Shown piece after piece: positions 51,010 to 64,000 of a stretch of DNA of 64,000 bases; the stretch's first letter is position 1; each line of letters opens with the position of its first letter. The translations under genes were made by a program, and so were the position numbers. This DNA is from Lytechinus pictus (lineage: Eukaryota), in assembly GCF_037042905.1 (NCBI RefSeq), contig NC_087248.1, forward strand, positions 5,704,001-5,768,000, read 5' to 3'. Under the pieces are notes generated by a model. It did no database searches. It was not told the DNA's origin and saw only the letters and a program-made list of their open reading frames with translations.

Positions 51010-51360
51010 ATGGATATCCTCACCATTTCCTGGTCAACCAGCGTCTTACTTCTGATCATTTGTTTGGTTTCCCACGGCGGGGCGGACTACCAACTGACGG
51101 TCCTCCACACCAACGATGTCCATGCACGGATCGAACAGTTCAACAAGTATGGTTCCGAATGTAGCCAGGAGGATGCTGAGGACGGAGCGTGCTTCGGAGG
51201 GGTTGCTAGGCGGGCAACCAAGGTCAAGGAGATCAGGAATCGGGTAACCAATGTTCTTCTCTTGGATGGTGGTGACCAGTATCAGGGTACCATGTGGTTC
51301 TTTATTTACCAGGGTGCTGAAGCATCTCACTTCATGAACATGATAGGATATGATGCAATG
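51010..51360 (+). CDS. NT5E: Ecto-5'-nucleotidase (CD73-like), first coding exon; the remaining exons were not found in the window
   Basis: Signal peptide followed by LTVLHTNDVHARIEQ, CFGGVARR, LLLDGGDQYQGTMWF and MNMIGYDAM|gtgagt. These are metallophosphoesterase motifs, and the exon ends where NT5E exon 1 ends. Orthology versus paralogy is untested. Confidence 0.88.
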
Positions 51361-54300
51361 GTGAGTTATCGTAGGGAAATATATTTATGAAAGTTTTCAT
51401 CCTAAACCTTTAGTGATACTTATTCTTGATATGTGGGAAAGGATTTTCTCATAGAGATGCCATTTTGCCTCTAACGGGGGTGGGGGGATGGGGGACTACT
51501 TGAGGGGCGCTGCGATGGATAAGATCAACTATCTTAGGGGTATAAACATGGGGTTTGGACATTATTTATAACATATTTTGCAACAAAGTCATGATCATAC
51601 TGTATAACTCAAATTTTGAAAACATGCAGCATACAAAATTGAATTTAACCCATCAGGCTGTCAGGGGCGGGGCTAGAGGGTGGTGGGACAGGTCGTGACC
51701 GCCCCTATTTTTCACAAGTTATAAAATGAAATGGGGGAAAAAATTGGAAATGTATGATACGAGGGAAAAAGTAAGAACTTAATCCCCAATTATCTTTAGA
51801 AAGAGAGAGTATACATTGCTTTTACCTCGTCTCGCCCTATTTCACATCAAGGCTATATATTAGTCTGCAGGCACAGACCCTGATTGAAACTTTGATCAAC
51901 AAGTGTGTCTCCACGCAAAGACTAGCACATACAAATGAGCGAGATGGCCTTCAGTACACAAGGCATGAGTAGGCTGCTTATTCAGACCCTCAACTCGAGT
52001 GAAGGGTTTGCCCAGCAGACTAGCTACAAATATATAGCCTTTGTATGACTTAACAAGGATTACATTTATATCAGTCTGTCGGTTCCAAGTCATCAATAGT
52101 TTGTGGTCATAGGGTCTAAATACGAAAAGAAGATCACACGGCTCTATCTATTTGTTTTATTTGTCATTAATTTATATTCGATAATCCAAGGTTGGTGGTA
52201 TCCCCATATTATTGGGTAAAATTAAACAAAACATTGAGATTCTGTGTGTTGTACCTCCATGGATAAGCGGAGCTTAGTAAGACCTCAATTGTACACTGCA
52301 AAAACTCCGGTGTTGATTTAACACCAGCCCGGAATCTATATATGTCCACACCAGAGAAGTGTTAAACAACACCAGTTTCGTTTTGGTCTAACACCAGAAA
52401 GATGTTTATACAACACCAATTAGTATTAAAACAGCATCGGTTTGATTCCAAACTGGTGTTTCAATTGCGATATTTGTGTGTGTAAGAAGGGAAAATAAAG
52501 AGGGAGATAGGAAGAGAGGACAAGAGGGAGAAATATTATAAGGGGGGGGGGGGGGCAGGGAGTGGGAGATTGAAAGAACGAGAGAAAGGTAGGCAGAGAC
52601 AGAAGGGACATATATGCAGACAGAGAAAAAGAAAGGGAGGGCCAGAAAATATGAATGAAAGGGCACTGCAAAGCATTTTCCTCGAATTTCCATAAAATTC
52701 ATATATACCAATATAACTTGATTAAGATTCGATTGCTACCATGGAAACCCCCATCCGTCATATTTTTTTTGGAAAGATACTGATTATCATCTAAGTCCTC
52801 TTGACGATATCATCCGAACTGATTATTTTCGCCGTCGAAACGATTATTTTCCGAAAGATTAGGTTTGGGTACGTCAATACTTTTTGACATTTCAGCGACC
52901 CAATCTCATGATTGGGTGGATAAACCCTCTCTTCGTTTCCTCCAGCATGAAGTATGAAAAAAAAATGCCCACACTGACGACGAAAGCACGAAGCAACATT
53001 CGGTGCAACATGTTGGCTTTAGTATTGATCTGACTTATTACCAGTGGCAGCACCACAAGGGGGCTGGGAGGTCATCGCCCCTAAAAAAATTCAATTAGTG
53101 AAAAAAAGAAGAAAATAGGTAGATAGGAATATAGAGAGGGGAACAGAAGAGAATCCAAATGAGATATCTGAGTCGTGTAGCTCTGTAATACCCATATAAT
53201 GTAATTCAATCGAGAAAAAAAAAACATGACGTCATAATATTTAGGTCGTCTTGCCCTGATAAAAAAATATATATCCCAGTGCCGCCCGTGTTTATTTCAT
53301 AAGCATGGATGTTAAATAACATGCATGACCTGGGCCCCGTTGCACAAAAGTTACCATTATGGTAACTTTGCCTTCCAGTGGTAAATTTTATGGAATCCTT
53401 GATTTTGATTGGTTGTTGATCAGCATTACCATAGTAGTTACCATTGAATTGCAAAGTTACCATAATAGTAATTTTTATGCAACAGGGGTCAGAATAACCA
53501 TACCTAAATTTAACTCCTTGTCCAGAAAGTTAAACAAACATTTCAATGAAATCCTGGCAAAAATCCACTTGCAGCGAACACAGACATGATATTGAAATCT
53601 AAAAAAAATTGCAACGTCAGATGCGAACAGTCTTGCGTCATTATGTGATGTAGTGTAAATTTCATGAATTGTAATATCCACAAGATTCATGGTCAATCAA
53701 TATCATATTTTTTTTTGCATGAAGTGCGTTTGAATTACTTGTTTGTAAATACATTTTAAGCATAAGTAGGATACATCAAGACTTCCGAGTTTACGAATAT
53801 ATCCGCTAAAGTGTTCTTTTCCGAGTGGAAGACACCTTGGGAAGACATTTCGTAGAATTTGTGGTATAAAGGAATCCCATTCAATTCTCGTCTTGACTAC
53901 CCCTCAATAATACGATAATATGCTAACCATGCTAAACATCTGAAAGGCTATCTACCCATGAGGAAGAAAGCAAACAAACAAAATAAAACTGTGTCATCCT
54001 TTTATGATTTTGTTGGGGAACCGTTGCTGACATGTTTTTCTGTTTTTCTTAAAATTCCATTCAATTCGAGGATTGTCTACCCCGTCCACATAATTATTGT
54101 CAACTTATTCCATGTTATTAGAGGCTCCATTTTTCTTGAAGTTTTATTCGTTATAGGCCTATATGCCATTCGTTATGAATTGAAATATTGTCAGATATTC
54201 ACTAGGCATCGAGTTGAAATATTGTCAGATATTCACTGGGCATCGAGTCTGGAACAAGTAACTCTAAAGGAATTCGTATATGCTTAGGTTTTTTAAGACT

Positions 54301-55133
54301 CTGCTTTACACAAAGTAAAAACTTTTTGGATCCAAAAAAAGAGATCTTTTTTTTAATTTTGGAGCAAATGCGTTCATTTAGGTTCAACCCTATATTACAG
54401 AATCACATCGCCTAAAATATTACCGAAAAGCTTATTATGGATTGAGTTAAGTGAAACCACATCCTTATTGTACAGATCGTAGCATTAATGCGTAATTGAT
54501 GCTTTTTACCTCCAGTTTGGTATGTTGGTGACGTTTCAGGAGCATAATGCTCGATTCCACAAAATGAGGTAAAACATATCCTATAATCCATAACCACAAA
54601 CCGCGATGATGTATGGATTCTCCTATAATAAACATTTTGATATTTTTACATTCATTCTTTTTTACCCAAGGGATGTTGTAAGCTGAACGTTTGTGAAACG
54701 CTAATAGGTTCGTGTTCAGACCATGGACCTGTAATAGCAAAAAAATAAATGGATCTGAACTGGATTCCAAATTTCACAAGTATAATTATGATGTATATAT
54801 ATATTTTTGTATAAAAGACATTACATTATTCTAATGAAGTAGATATGATATCACTGGAAACTTATGAATTCCACAATTCCTTTACACTGTTTCTGGTAAA
54901 TCACTGTGTGTCTATGTTGATAAGTCACGCAGTCAAAATATAACATTAAAACTGTTCCTGTGCCAGAAAGTAGAACCATGGAGCTATTGTAGAAGCCCCT
55001 TTCACGTATTATTATGGGTTTATTCAGCCGTTCAACCATTATCACGTCGAACGCTTGATCATCTTGCTAACATACCCAGGTAGCCACTACTACCGCTCGT
55101 AGTCTCTCAAGTGCCTCCCAGATGTTCATAAAA

Positions 55134-55552
55134 TCATCTCATCATGTCTACATCTCTTAGGGAAAAGGATAAGATGACGAGATCTCGGATCTCGTCATGT
55201 CTATATATTTTAGAAGAGATGATTAGATGGCAAGATCTTGGATCTCGTCATGTCTACGTCTTGTGCGAGAGATGATCAGATGGCATGATCTCCGATCAAG
55301 ATCTTGCCATCTGATAATTTCTTCCAAAAGATGTAGACATGACGAAATCCAAGATCTTGTCATCTGGTCATCTCTCACATGGGATGTAGACATGACGAGA
55401 TCTAAGATCTTGTCATCTGATCATCTCTTCCGCGGGATGAAGACATGACGAGATCTAAGATCTTTTCATCTGATCATCTCTTCCACGGGATGAAGACATG
55501 ACGAGATCCGAGATCTCGCCATCTTATCCTTTTTCTTAAGAGATGTAGACAT
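55134..55552. repeat. Element of about 50-bp tandem units (gatgtagacatgacgagatct) in inverted arrangement; relative at about 30815-31330
   Basis: Repeated atgtagacatgacgagatc and its reverse complement gatctcgtcatgtctac. Confidence 0.75.
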
Positions 55553-58500
55553 ATACTCAGCGGGCCCTGCATAACACAATTCTCCATTCTACCTTTTGTA
55601 AAATGCCGATGTAAAATGCAGAGCGCAGCTGAGCAGTAGGCAGCAGAGGAAATCTTTGGTAGTTTTGGCTTTGTAGTAATCTTTATTATTTATTCACTTC
55701 AAATTCATACACAGTCTGGAAAATACCATAGGAAATAATGCAAAAGATTAATTACAGCTGTATATATACAAAATCAAATAGCATTACTCAAAATAACATA
55801 GTATCTGAACAGAAACATAGCAAAAAAATCACAGAAGATAATACAAACATCACAGAAGATAATGCACAAAATAACAGCGGGGGCAATTAAAAGAATTGAC
55901 ATAACACAAACAGTTAAAAAATAAAACAGTAAGGCATACGGGATCAAATAATCTGAACGAACGAATGTATCATGCATCCTCCAGCTCCAAACAACTCCCT
56001 GCAACTTTTATCAGACACTGAATCTGAACAAACTGGCACACTGACGACTAAAAAGAAAAAAAAGATAAGGATAAATAGATATGATGATTCGGCAAGGAAT
56101 CGAACCCACAACACTTCCGTCCATGACCAAGGTGCTCGGTCGTGCTCAAATTGTTAATATATCATTTCAGAGCAGCATCGTTGATCGATGTTATACATGA
56201 GGGTCATGCAGTCTCCCTTTCAACATTTTAACATGGAGGTAGAATGCTTGTAAAAAAATGTGAAGCTTTCGATCGCTCTATTAAACGCGTAAATCCTCCG
56301 AATCCTCAGAAGATCGCACATGATTGGGGATGATTGTATGTGATTTTAACGACACAATATGACTTGAATAACATGAATAAGGAGATGAAGCAAATAGATG
56401 AAAGGACAATTATACAAGTTGTAAAGATAATATATTACAACAAAGATATACCATTACATAACTGTGATGCAATTGAACATTCGAGGTGAAAGATTACGTG
56501 AATTACTCGACGAAAGAGGACTATGCAGTAGCCGATATTATTAACATTTTAATCTCTATTGAATAAACCAAAATCGGCACTTCATCAGATAATGGATACC
56601 TTTGTGTACACTTTTATAATGGAAAACAATACACAGGCGGTATGAGTGACTTGTGACAATATGATGTTATAGACTTTTTCTTGCGCCCGTAGAACCAACT
56701 GCTCTACCACGCTACATAAAAGTAGTAATGTAACATATAACAAAGTTTTGAGATTTTGCAAAATCCCCCCAAATGGATATCACTATTACAATGAATGTGT
56801 GCGCCCTAAGACAGATATGGTGTGAAGAATATAAACTAAAAATGTGTTTTATTGGATAAGTTTACCGATTATACATCGAACTATGAAAAATGTCTACGTA
56901 TTATTTGTCTTATTTATATAAAACTCCTTCTCAAGCATAGAATATTGATCGGAAGTAAAGCTATAATCTTTGTAGTGTTCTAATCTACTATTACTAAAAT
57001 TTGAAAAAAAAATGTCAAAGAGCTATCAAAGAAAATTACCGAGAGAGGGGTGAGATGTCAAATTTGAATTCTAACAGCTGAAATTTTAATGGCTGAAACA
57101 TCATTCAATTACCACAATAAATATAATGTTAGAATGTCAGATAATACAGTCCCTTTACCAAAGATTAATACTTTTATTATAATTATAGTGTGTATCGGCA
57201 TTGGGTGAGTTTCTGTTATTTCAACGAGGAAATTGATTTCCGATGATATGGCCGAAAGTAGATTGTTTATGTTTTGTAAACATGTGGATACAGTTCAGAA
57301 TATTAGAGCGTATCGGTACGTGGTACATAATTATAGATGACGAATAGAAAATATGATAAAGTGGAAGGGGGGAGTTAGAAGGAGGAGGAGAGGAGGTGGG
57401 AGGGGGAAGAAGAATGAGGGGAAGGATGAGGTTCATTACAGATATAATAATAACAGGTGTGAAGTAACTGTTTAGAGCTATTGAAATCATTCAATTTGAT
57501 TGGTTGACAGTAAACTTGGTATAGAAATCCTGCATTTGTTGTTATAACAAGTCTTTTTGAAAAAGGACCTAGAAGAGTCAGCAATGAATCCGTAATAAAA
57601 TCATTAACATGATTAATCGCCGGTGGATTGTACTCCTTTTTTTTGCATGGGCCTAAGTAGTGAAACGATCCCTGACGATCTAACTAAATACGCCAGTGCG
57701 ATAAAAATTCATTTTCTATACTATGCATGTACATAGGCATATACGAAGCTTTCTTCGGTCGCTATTTTTGTTTGATAGACCTACACGAAAGTTGTTTGGT
57801 ATAGCCTATACTAACCAAGGGCATTGGTGCATGGATGTAATTATCAAGATTTGCGACGTCCTCCGTTATTAATACGTCTCTTTCTTGTGAAAAAAGTTTT
57901 TAAGATGGTATACCCTCGAGTCTCGAGTATTTATCGACTGCATGGTATATGTCATCATCTTTTTCTGCCCTTCCTTCGAGAAAATGGTCCAGTCTCCGAA
58001 CTACTTTTCATCTAGCTTACAGGTCACGTTCACACATGTCAACATGATGAATAGGCTAATAGATAAACCTCATTACTAAAAGATAAAAAAATAAACAAAC
58101 ATGAAGAATAGCCAACCCCTCCACTTATCTGGGCTTCTTGGCCGCATTTACTGCGCATTACATGTGAAACCATCTATTTTATAGAATCTTCAGACTGGTT
58201 GGATGTAACGTTAGATAAACCAAAACAAAAAAGTAATAAAAAGCTGTTCATCAACATCAATATCACATTGTTAACATCCTTTTTACTGTTCAAACAATTT
58301 TGAAGCTTCAAACTCGCAGTCTATGATACAAAGGCCTACCCTATGATGAAAATCTTACCATATTTGTTTGAAATATCTGACAAAATTACACAATAATCTG
58401 TTGAAAAAAAAGGGAATTAATTTGTAGACACTTAATATGACCCAGACATCGGTTGTTCAGTCTATTTTGCTTTTTATTCAACATCATTTACCTGTGTAGA

Positions 58501-61500
58501 TTGATATATATTATAATTGTACTGTTGTAATAGTTATTGTATTGGGCAAATTGTTTCCAAGTCTTGTATCTGGAGATTTACGGTATATACAAAGTTCAAG
58601 ACCAGCGACTGACAATATGCCATGCTAGGGGGTAATGCTTGATGCACCTTTGAGGTCCATCCATTTGTATATTTTGTTTATATGGACGTAGAATAAAAAG
58701 TCTCGAATCTTGAAAGTTGAAAACTGGGGGCTGTTATTATTACCCCTATAATGGCTGATCTTCTAAACCCTTGATCAGTCAGCACCAAACACATCGGGTA
58801 ATAGCCAAGGGAAAAGGCAACCCGGCGCATCAAGTTGGCTTGGAGAAGCAGAAAAAAAGAGAAAAAAACTTTTGCCGAAAAACCACCCGAGAACGTGAGA
58901 ACGTGATTTTGTGACGTCACAATTAAGCTCACCCCAGACGTCATCTTCTCTGAATACCATAAGGTGAGAATTTGTTTAAAAGGAAATAATTTCATCTCTG
59001 CATTCGAAATGTCATCAGAAATTATCAAACGTCCACTCTTCTATATTAAATGACATTATTCATGAATAATTTGAAAAAAGTCAATTCATACATAACTCCA
59101 TAACATTATTATATGCAAACATGACAGAATTTAAATAATTCATGACCCTGAATTCCTGACATTTTCCAAAAATTTTCCAATTGTTTTTTTATCAATATGT
59201 TTGTTTCACTTTTCTCCCTTTTATTCTTAAACTTATCGTCAGGGACATTCCATTTTGATATGAGCTTGCCTATGAGGGGGGGGGGGGGGGGGAGGGGGGG
59301 GGGCGCGGAGCGCATCTTGTAAAGTTTACCCCCCCCCTAAAAAATGCATGTAGAGAGTTTAAATTGGAGAAAATATTTTATTCAGGTGAGTGAAGCGATC
59401 AAATCGAAAGGAATCGCGAAACACTAATGACCAAAAAAAATTATTTTTTTCAAATTAAAAAGGGAGTTTTTAGTATTGGATATCTACTTCATTACTTAGT
59501 GATTGGCTTGATTTGAAAGCCGAAAATAACCACCCCAACCCCCCCCAAAAAGGTCAAGCTTTTAAATCATAGGGGGCGAACACAACCATAATAAATAATA
59601 GGAGGACATGTTCCCAGCCTGAATCACCGCCTTTGGATATAGGGGGATTCCCATTCATAACTTTAATTTCTGTCATGTCTGTTCTGGGGAGGAGTGCTCT
59701 GACTGAATAATTGTCACATGTCTCCGTCATTTCAACTACGACGAGGAAGTAAGCTGTCATCTTGGATAAATTTGATTATCAGTTACATTTTCTGCTAACG
59801 AGCCTAACGTTAAAGGTAAAAGACAGAACTTGCAGCAAACAATTATTTCATGAGAAAGTCTTTAAAATCAAGGTTAATTGTCATGATACTGTCATACATC
59901 TAGATCTGGTACATTAACATGATTAATGTAAACTTATTTTTATAAAATGGTGAAATCTTAGCTCAAAATGAATAATTCTGATGATCACTAACACAGAAAA
60001 GCATATGTAGGACAGTGTATTAATATTGCTTCGAAAAATACCTGACATTTTTATGGAATTACGTGCTTATTTTCGCCATTTCTCAGCAATTACGCATTTT
60101 CTTCCAGAGCTTATTTGGCACATATTTGTTATTTATACATACAGTTTGGTGGTAATTTTATTGGATTCTGTTCGAACTCATTTTGAGATCGTTACCACAA
60201 CTGGTATTTATCTTTAAATCTCCTGCATGACATTAGATTAGGCCTACGATCCTGCCTGACGTCGGATTTTGCTTGTAACTTTTGGTAATCAGGGAATTAA
60301 AAATGATTCACAATGAATCACGATACGCGGCGATTTCTTGGGCGTTTGCCACACCCGGGAAGGGGGGGGGGGGGGTCGTGGGCGACCGTTTCCCCGCCGC
60401 CTATGCATATTTGTCTCTAATAAAAAAGTATAAAAAGGATAATAAATACAAATCTTAATATTTTTTGTAGTATGTAGCGGTAGTTTCTTTGACGTTAATT
60501 CAGTGACATTTAACCAAATCCTCATAAATGCATACCATTATCATGATTATTATGCAATTGGTGATATATTTTGCACGCTCTGAGTACATTAAGTATTCCA
60601 GATTGCATGGGTTTGAATGTTCCTAATAGATAGTCATCATGTCTTGACAAAGAAGGGCAACCTAAAATTTTAAGGGCAACCTAAAATTGCATTTGTTCAC
60701 CAGCAGGTACTAGGTTTGAAGACAGTAATTTTTCCTCATTTTTAATTTACCCTTTCTTGTACTTCTCTTAGTTCTCTTTACTTTTATGTTTTGCCCTCTT
60801 CTAAGCGCCTTGAGCATTTAATCAAAATGGAAAAGACGCTATATAAATCATATGTATTATTATTATTATTAAAATATGAAAAAAATGTTGCATTTCATTT
60901 CACATCCGTACGTCATTTCTCTTATTGAAGTGTAGGTCTTACAAGCAGGAAATGCAAACGGTAGTTCAAACTTTATAGTTTCACTTTTACACACAAGCTT
61001 AAATTCAATAAGTTAGTTTTTCTTAGCTGTCCTTTGTATCGATCGCATATAAAACATTTTCATCATCAACATATTTGGAGGACATGAACTTCAATAATGA
61101 AAGATTGCCTTGAAATCTAATTACCACCATTTACTCTATAGCAACCACTTGTAAGTGATTATAAGGCTTGCTATACAGTAATCACATTATGGACAATTAT
61201 TGCGCCGCTCTTTCGCAAAATATGAATGATATAAAATAGGTTCATTTGAACTGGTTCTATTATGAGTAAATTATTATTGTAAACGAAGGTTATATCAATT
61301 ATTTCAGAAAATATAGAATCCAGACAAATAAATGAAGATCAGTTACAAAAGAAAATCACTTTCCCAAAGTGGTTGTCGCAACTCGGTAATCTGTTAATTG
61401 ACCACCCAATTAACCATGATTTCATTTCAATGACTGTTATTATATTGATACTTTGATCACCAGCCAGAAGAGCTGGTTTGTAACTAATTTTGCAGTTACA

Positions 61501-62058
61501 ACAATGAAACGGACTGCAAACCAACCGAGAAATTGTCATTGATAATGACGTAATTGCTTTGGTTGATCAGGGCTCCGTAACTCAAAGATTAACGATCGAT
61601 CGGTAAATGGACCAATCAAGATCAATGGTACACGCGCATCTAGTTCAAAATACTGACCAGGAACCAATCAGAAGTGTTCTTTCATATTTGCTATTCATCG
61701 CTAAGCTTTGTGTTACGTACCCCTGGCGTCGTTTATCTGGTGTGACGATGTATTAGAGAGGCTTCAATACAAATAATACAAATAACACACAAATAAAAAA
61801 AAAAACCACACAATGGAGGGGGACAAATTTCAAGATAAAATATGATTCCATGCAAATAAAGGTAATTACAGTCATTTTGTGATTATTATTCAATTTCAAT
61901 CACGTTTAAATCGTGATAATGAAAATAACCCATAAGATAAACCTGTGACAAACCATTATTATTACAAGGCAGAATGTTATAAGTACAATTATCAGTCTGA
62001 ACATAATTTGCATGTGCAAGCTGTCGGTTTTTCAAATCACATTGGATAGACTGAATTT

Positions 62059-62263
62059 GGTTTCATGACATTTTCTCCGACGACAATTGCTCCGAAGGAA
62101 AATATGCACGATAAGCCAAGAATAAAATCTAACCTCCAAAACAAAATGAACCCTCTGTACACTATTCAGAACCTAAAACTCTATTTCAATCCTAACTCTA
62201 ACCCTATACTCTCTGATATATTAACACAGGAGCAAATGTCGCAGGAGCATATGTCGTGTCACC
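62059..62263. mobile_element. Uninterrupted 205-bp MITE
   Basis: ggtttcatgacattttctcc...ggagcatatgtcgtgtcacc imperfect TIRs, with an aaccct-rich interior. Confidence 0.65.
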
Positions 62264-62679
62264 ATGAAGTTTAGGGCTACATGAATAATGCTGACTTGAA
62301 TAATAATGAGTCTTGCATTTCATTGGACCAGACTTATCTCAAGACACTTGTTGATTGAATTTCAATCAGGATCTGTGTCTGCACACTAGTCTGAATACTG
62401 GGATGTTCTGATACCTAATTCCCACTGTCACGACTTGAGCCACGATTTAAACGACGTACTTAATCGTGGAGAAATCGTAGTGATCTTATCAGATCGTATC
62501 AGGTCTTATCAGATCAGTCGCGGCAATCGTATTCATCTTAGACAAAATATGAATGGTTCAAATTTTTTCGAGATCAGTTACGAAAGGCCAATCGTGACTT
62601 TCGTAAAGGATCGCACGACAGTGGTCACGAGGTGTAAGGTGTGAACTGGATAAATCGATCGAAAAGGGACATAAAATAA

Positions 62680-62980
62680 TAAAATAAATAATAATAATAT
62701 GTCCATTTATATAGCGCAGTTACTATGTGTATATACTCAACTGCGCTTTGATACTTGGTATCATATTATTACCCCGGCTGTAGCTGAGCCGCCATATTAA
62801 TAGGCGCTAAAGCATTCAAGGAATAAATCCTACCGGGTACCCATTCACCTCACCTGGGTCGAGTGCGGCACAATATGGATACATTTCTTGCCGAAGGAAA
62901 TTACGCCATGGCTGGGATACGAACCCATGACTTTCTGTTTCAAAGTCCGGAGACTAATCCACTGGGCCACAACGCTCCAC
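62680..62980 (-). mobile_element. tRNA-derived SINE (family 1)
   Basis: Minus strand: gtggagcgttgtggcccagtggattag...gggttcgtatcccagcc...(ATT)n tail. Confidence 0.85.
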
Positions 62981-63069
62981 TTAAAAATGTGACATAATTA
63001 TCTTAACTCTAAGACCAAGTGATGATTACGAACTCGAAATAAATGGGAAAATTAGGAAGTTATCATTAA

Positions 63070-63652
63070 AGGGATGGTCCGGGCTGAAAGTATTTATAGC
63101 TTAATAGAGTAGAATTCACTGAGCAAAATGCCGAAAATTTCATCAAAATCGGATAACAAATAACAAAGTTATTTTAAAGAATTTTAAATTTTAGCAATAT
63201 TTTGTGAAAACAGTCGTCATGAATATTTATTAGGCGGACTGATGATGTCACATCCCCATTTGTTCTTTTGCATCTTATTACATGAAATTAGGTTTATTCA
63301 AATTTGTTCCTCTAAGAACTAGAAAAATTGGATTGACAACTGATTAAGTGCATTAGATATTTATTGCTGGAACTTATTTAATTATAAGGGAGACATATTA
63401 TTCACACAAGTATGAAATAATGAAAAAAATAAGATTTTATGTAATAACATAAGAAAACGGAAAGTGGAGATATGACATCATCAGCCCACCTCATGAATAT
63501 TCATGACGACTGTTTTCACAAAATATTGCTAAACTTTAAACTTAAATAACTTTATCATTTGTTATCCGATTTCGATGAAATTTTCGGCATTTTGCTCAGT
63601 GAATTCTACTCTATTTATTAAACTATAAATACTTTCAGCCTGGACCATCTCT
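63070..63652. mobile_element. TTAA-flanked MITE with long TIRs (Kolobok-like)
   Basis: TTAA|agggatggtccgggctgaaagtattt ... aaatactttcagcctggaccatctct|TTAA. Confidence 0.85.
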
Positions 63653-64000
63653 TTAAGGTTCGGAAAACAAATGTCAATACAAAAATCCTCGTTATAGTTA
63701 CGCAGGAAAGAAGAATGGCTTGCATAATTTTATAACTTTGCTGATGCCGAGAATTAACACAAGTGGTCTATTTTCGATATTTTTTCTTACTTCAAAAATA
63801 AGGATCTAATATGAGTTAGTGTAAACCTAACCGTCTTGTCCGTCTCGTTTTACTGAGTTACTCCAAATTATCTGTCTCCCTTTTGCACTATATTCTACTG
63901 TTTTGGGGGGTTTTATTCACCATGTTTATTAGTGATATACGTTACAGACCTACACGGTAGATAGAATCGACTGAAGTGAGAGAAGGTATTGGATATACTG

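Noticed and set aside
51010-51360. 5'-nucleotidase as a PAP-removing member of the sulfotransferase cluster
   Set aside because: It has a signal peptide (extracellular) and acts on 5'-phosphates, whereas PAP recycling needs a cytosolic 3'-phosphatase. There is no evidence beyond proximity.

Overview
AT-rich, intron- and transposon-rich animal genomic DNA; the repeat types look echinoderm (sea-urchin-like), which is inference. Genes rebuilt by hand from GT-AG junctions: (1) the last six coding exons of CHORDC1 (+, 43-8048); (2) a cluster of cytosolic P-loop sulfotransferase-like genes, with three complete two-exon genes (-12284-13396, +19269-22210, +25011-27532) and an intact orphan first exon (-17841-18157) that can splice in frame to the exon 2 at 12971; (3) an intact 11-exon, 488-aa group II PLP decarboxylase (DDC/HDC/TDC family, +32049-42593) with a strongly remodelled substrate pocket; (4) exon 1 of an ecto-5'-nucleotidase (NT5E-like, +51010-51360). 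The rest is MITEs, non-autonomous DNA transposons, SINEs, LINE fragments and microsatellites. Best leads: a possible animal metabolic gene cluster (divergent decarboxylase plus sulfotransferase array), a possible variable-first-exon sulfotransferase, and a 7SL/Alu-domain-headed SINE-like element at 6135-6308.
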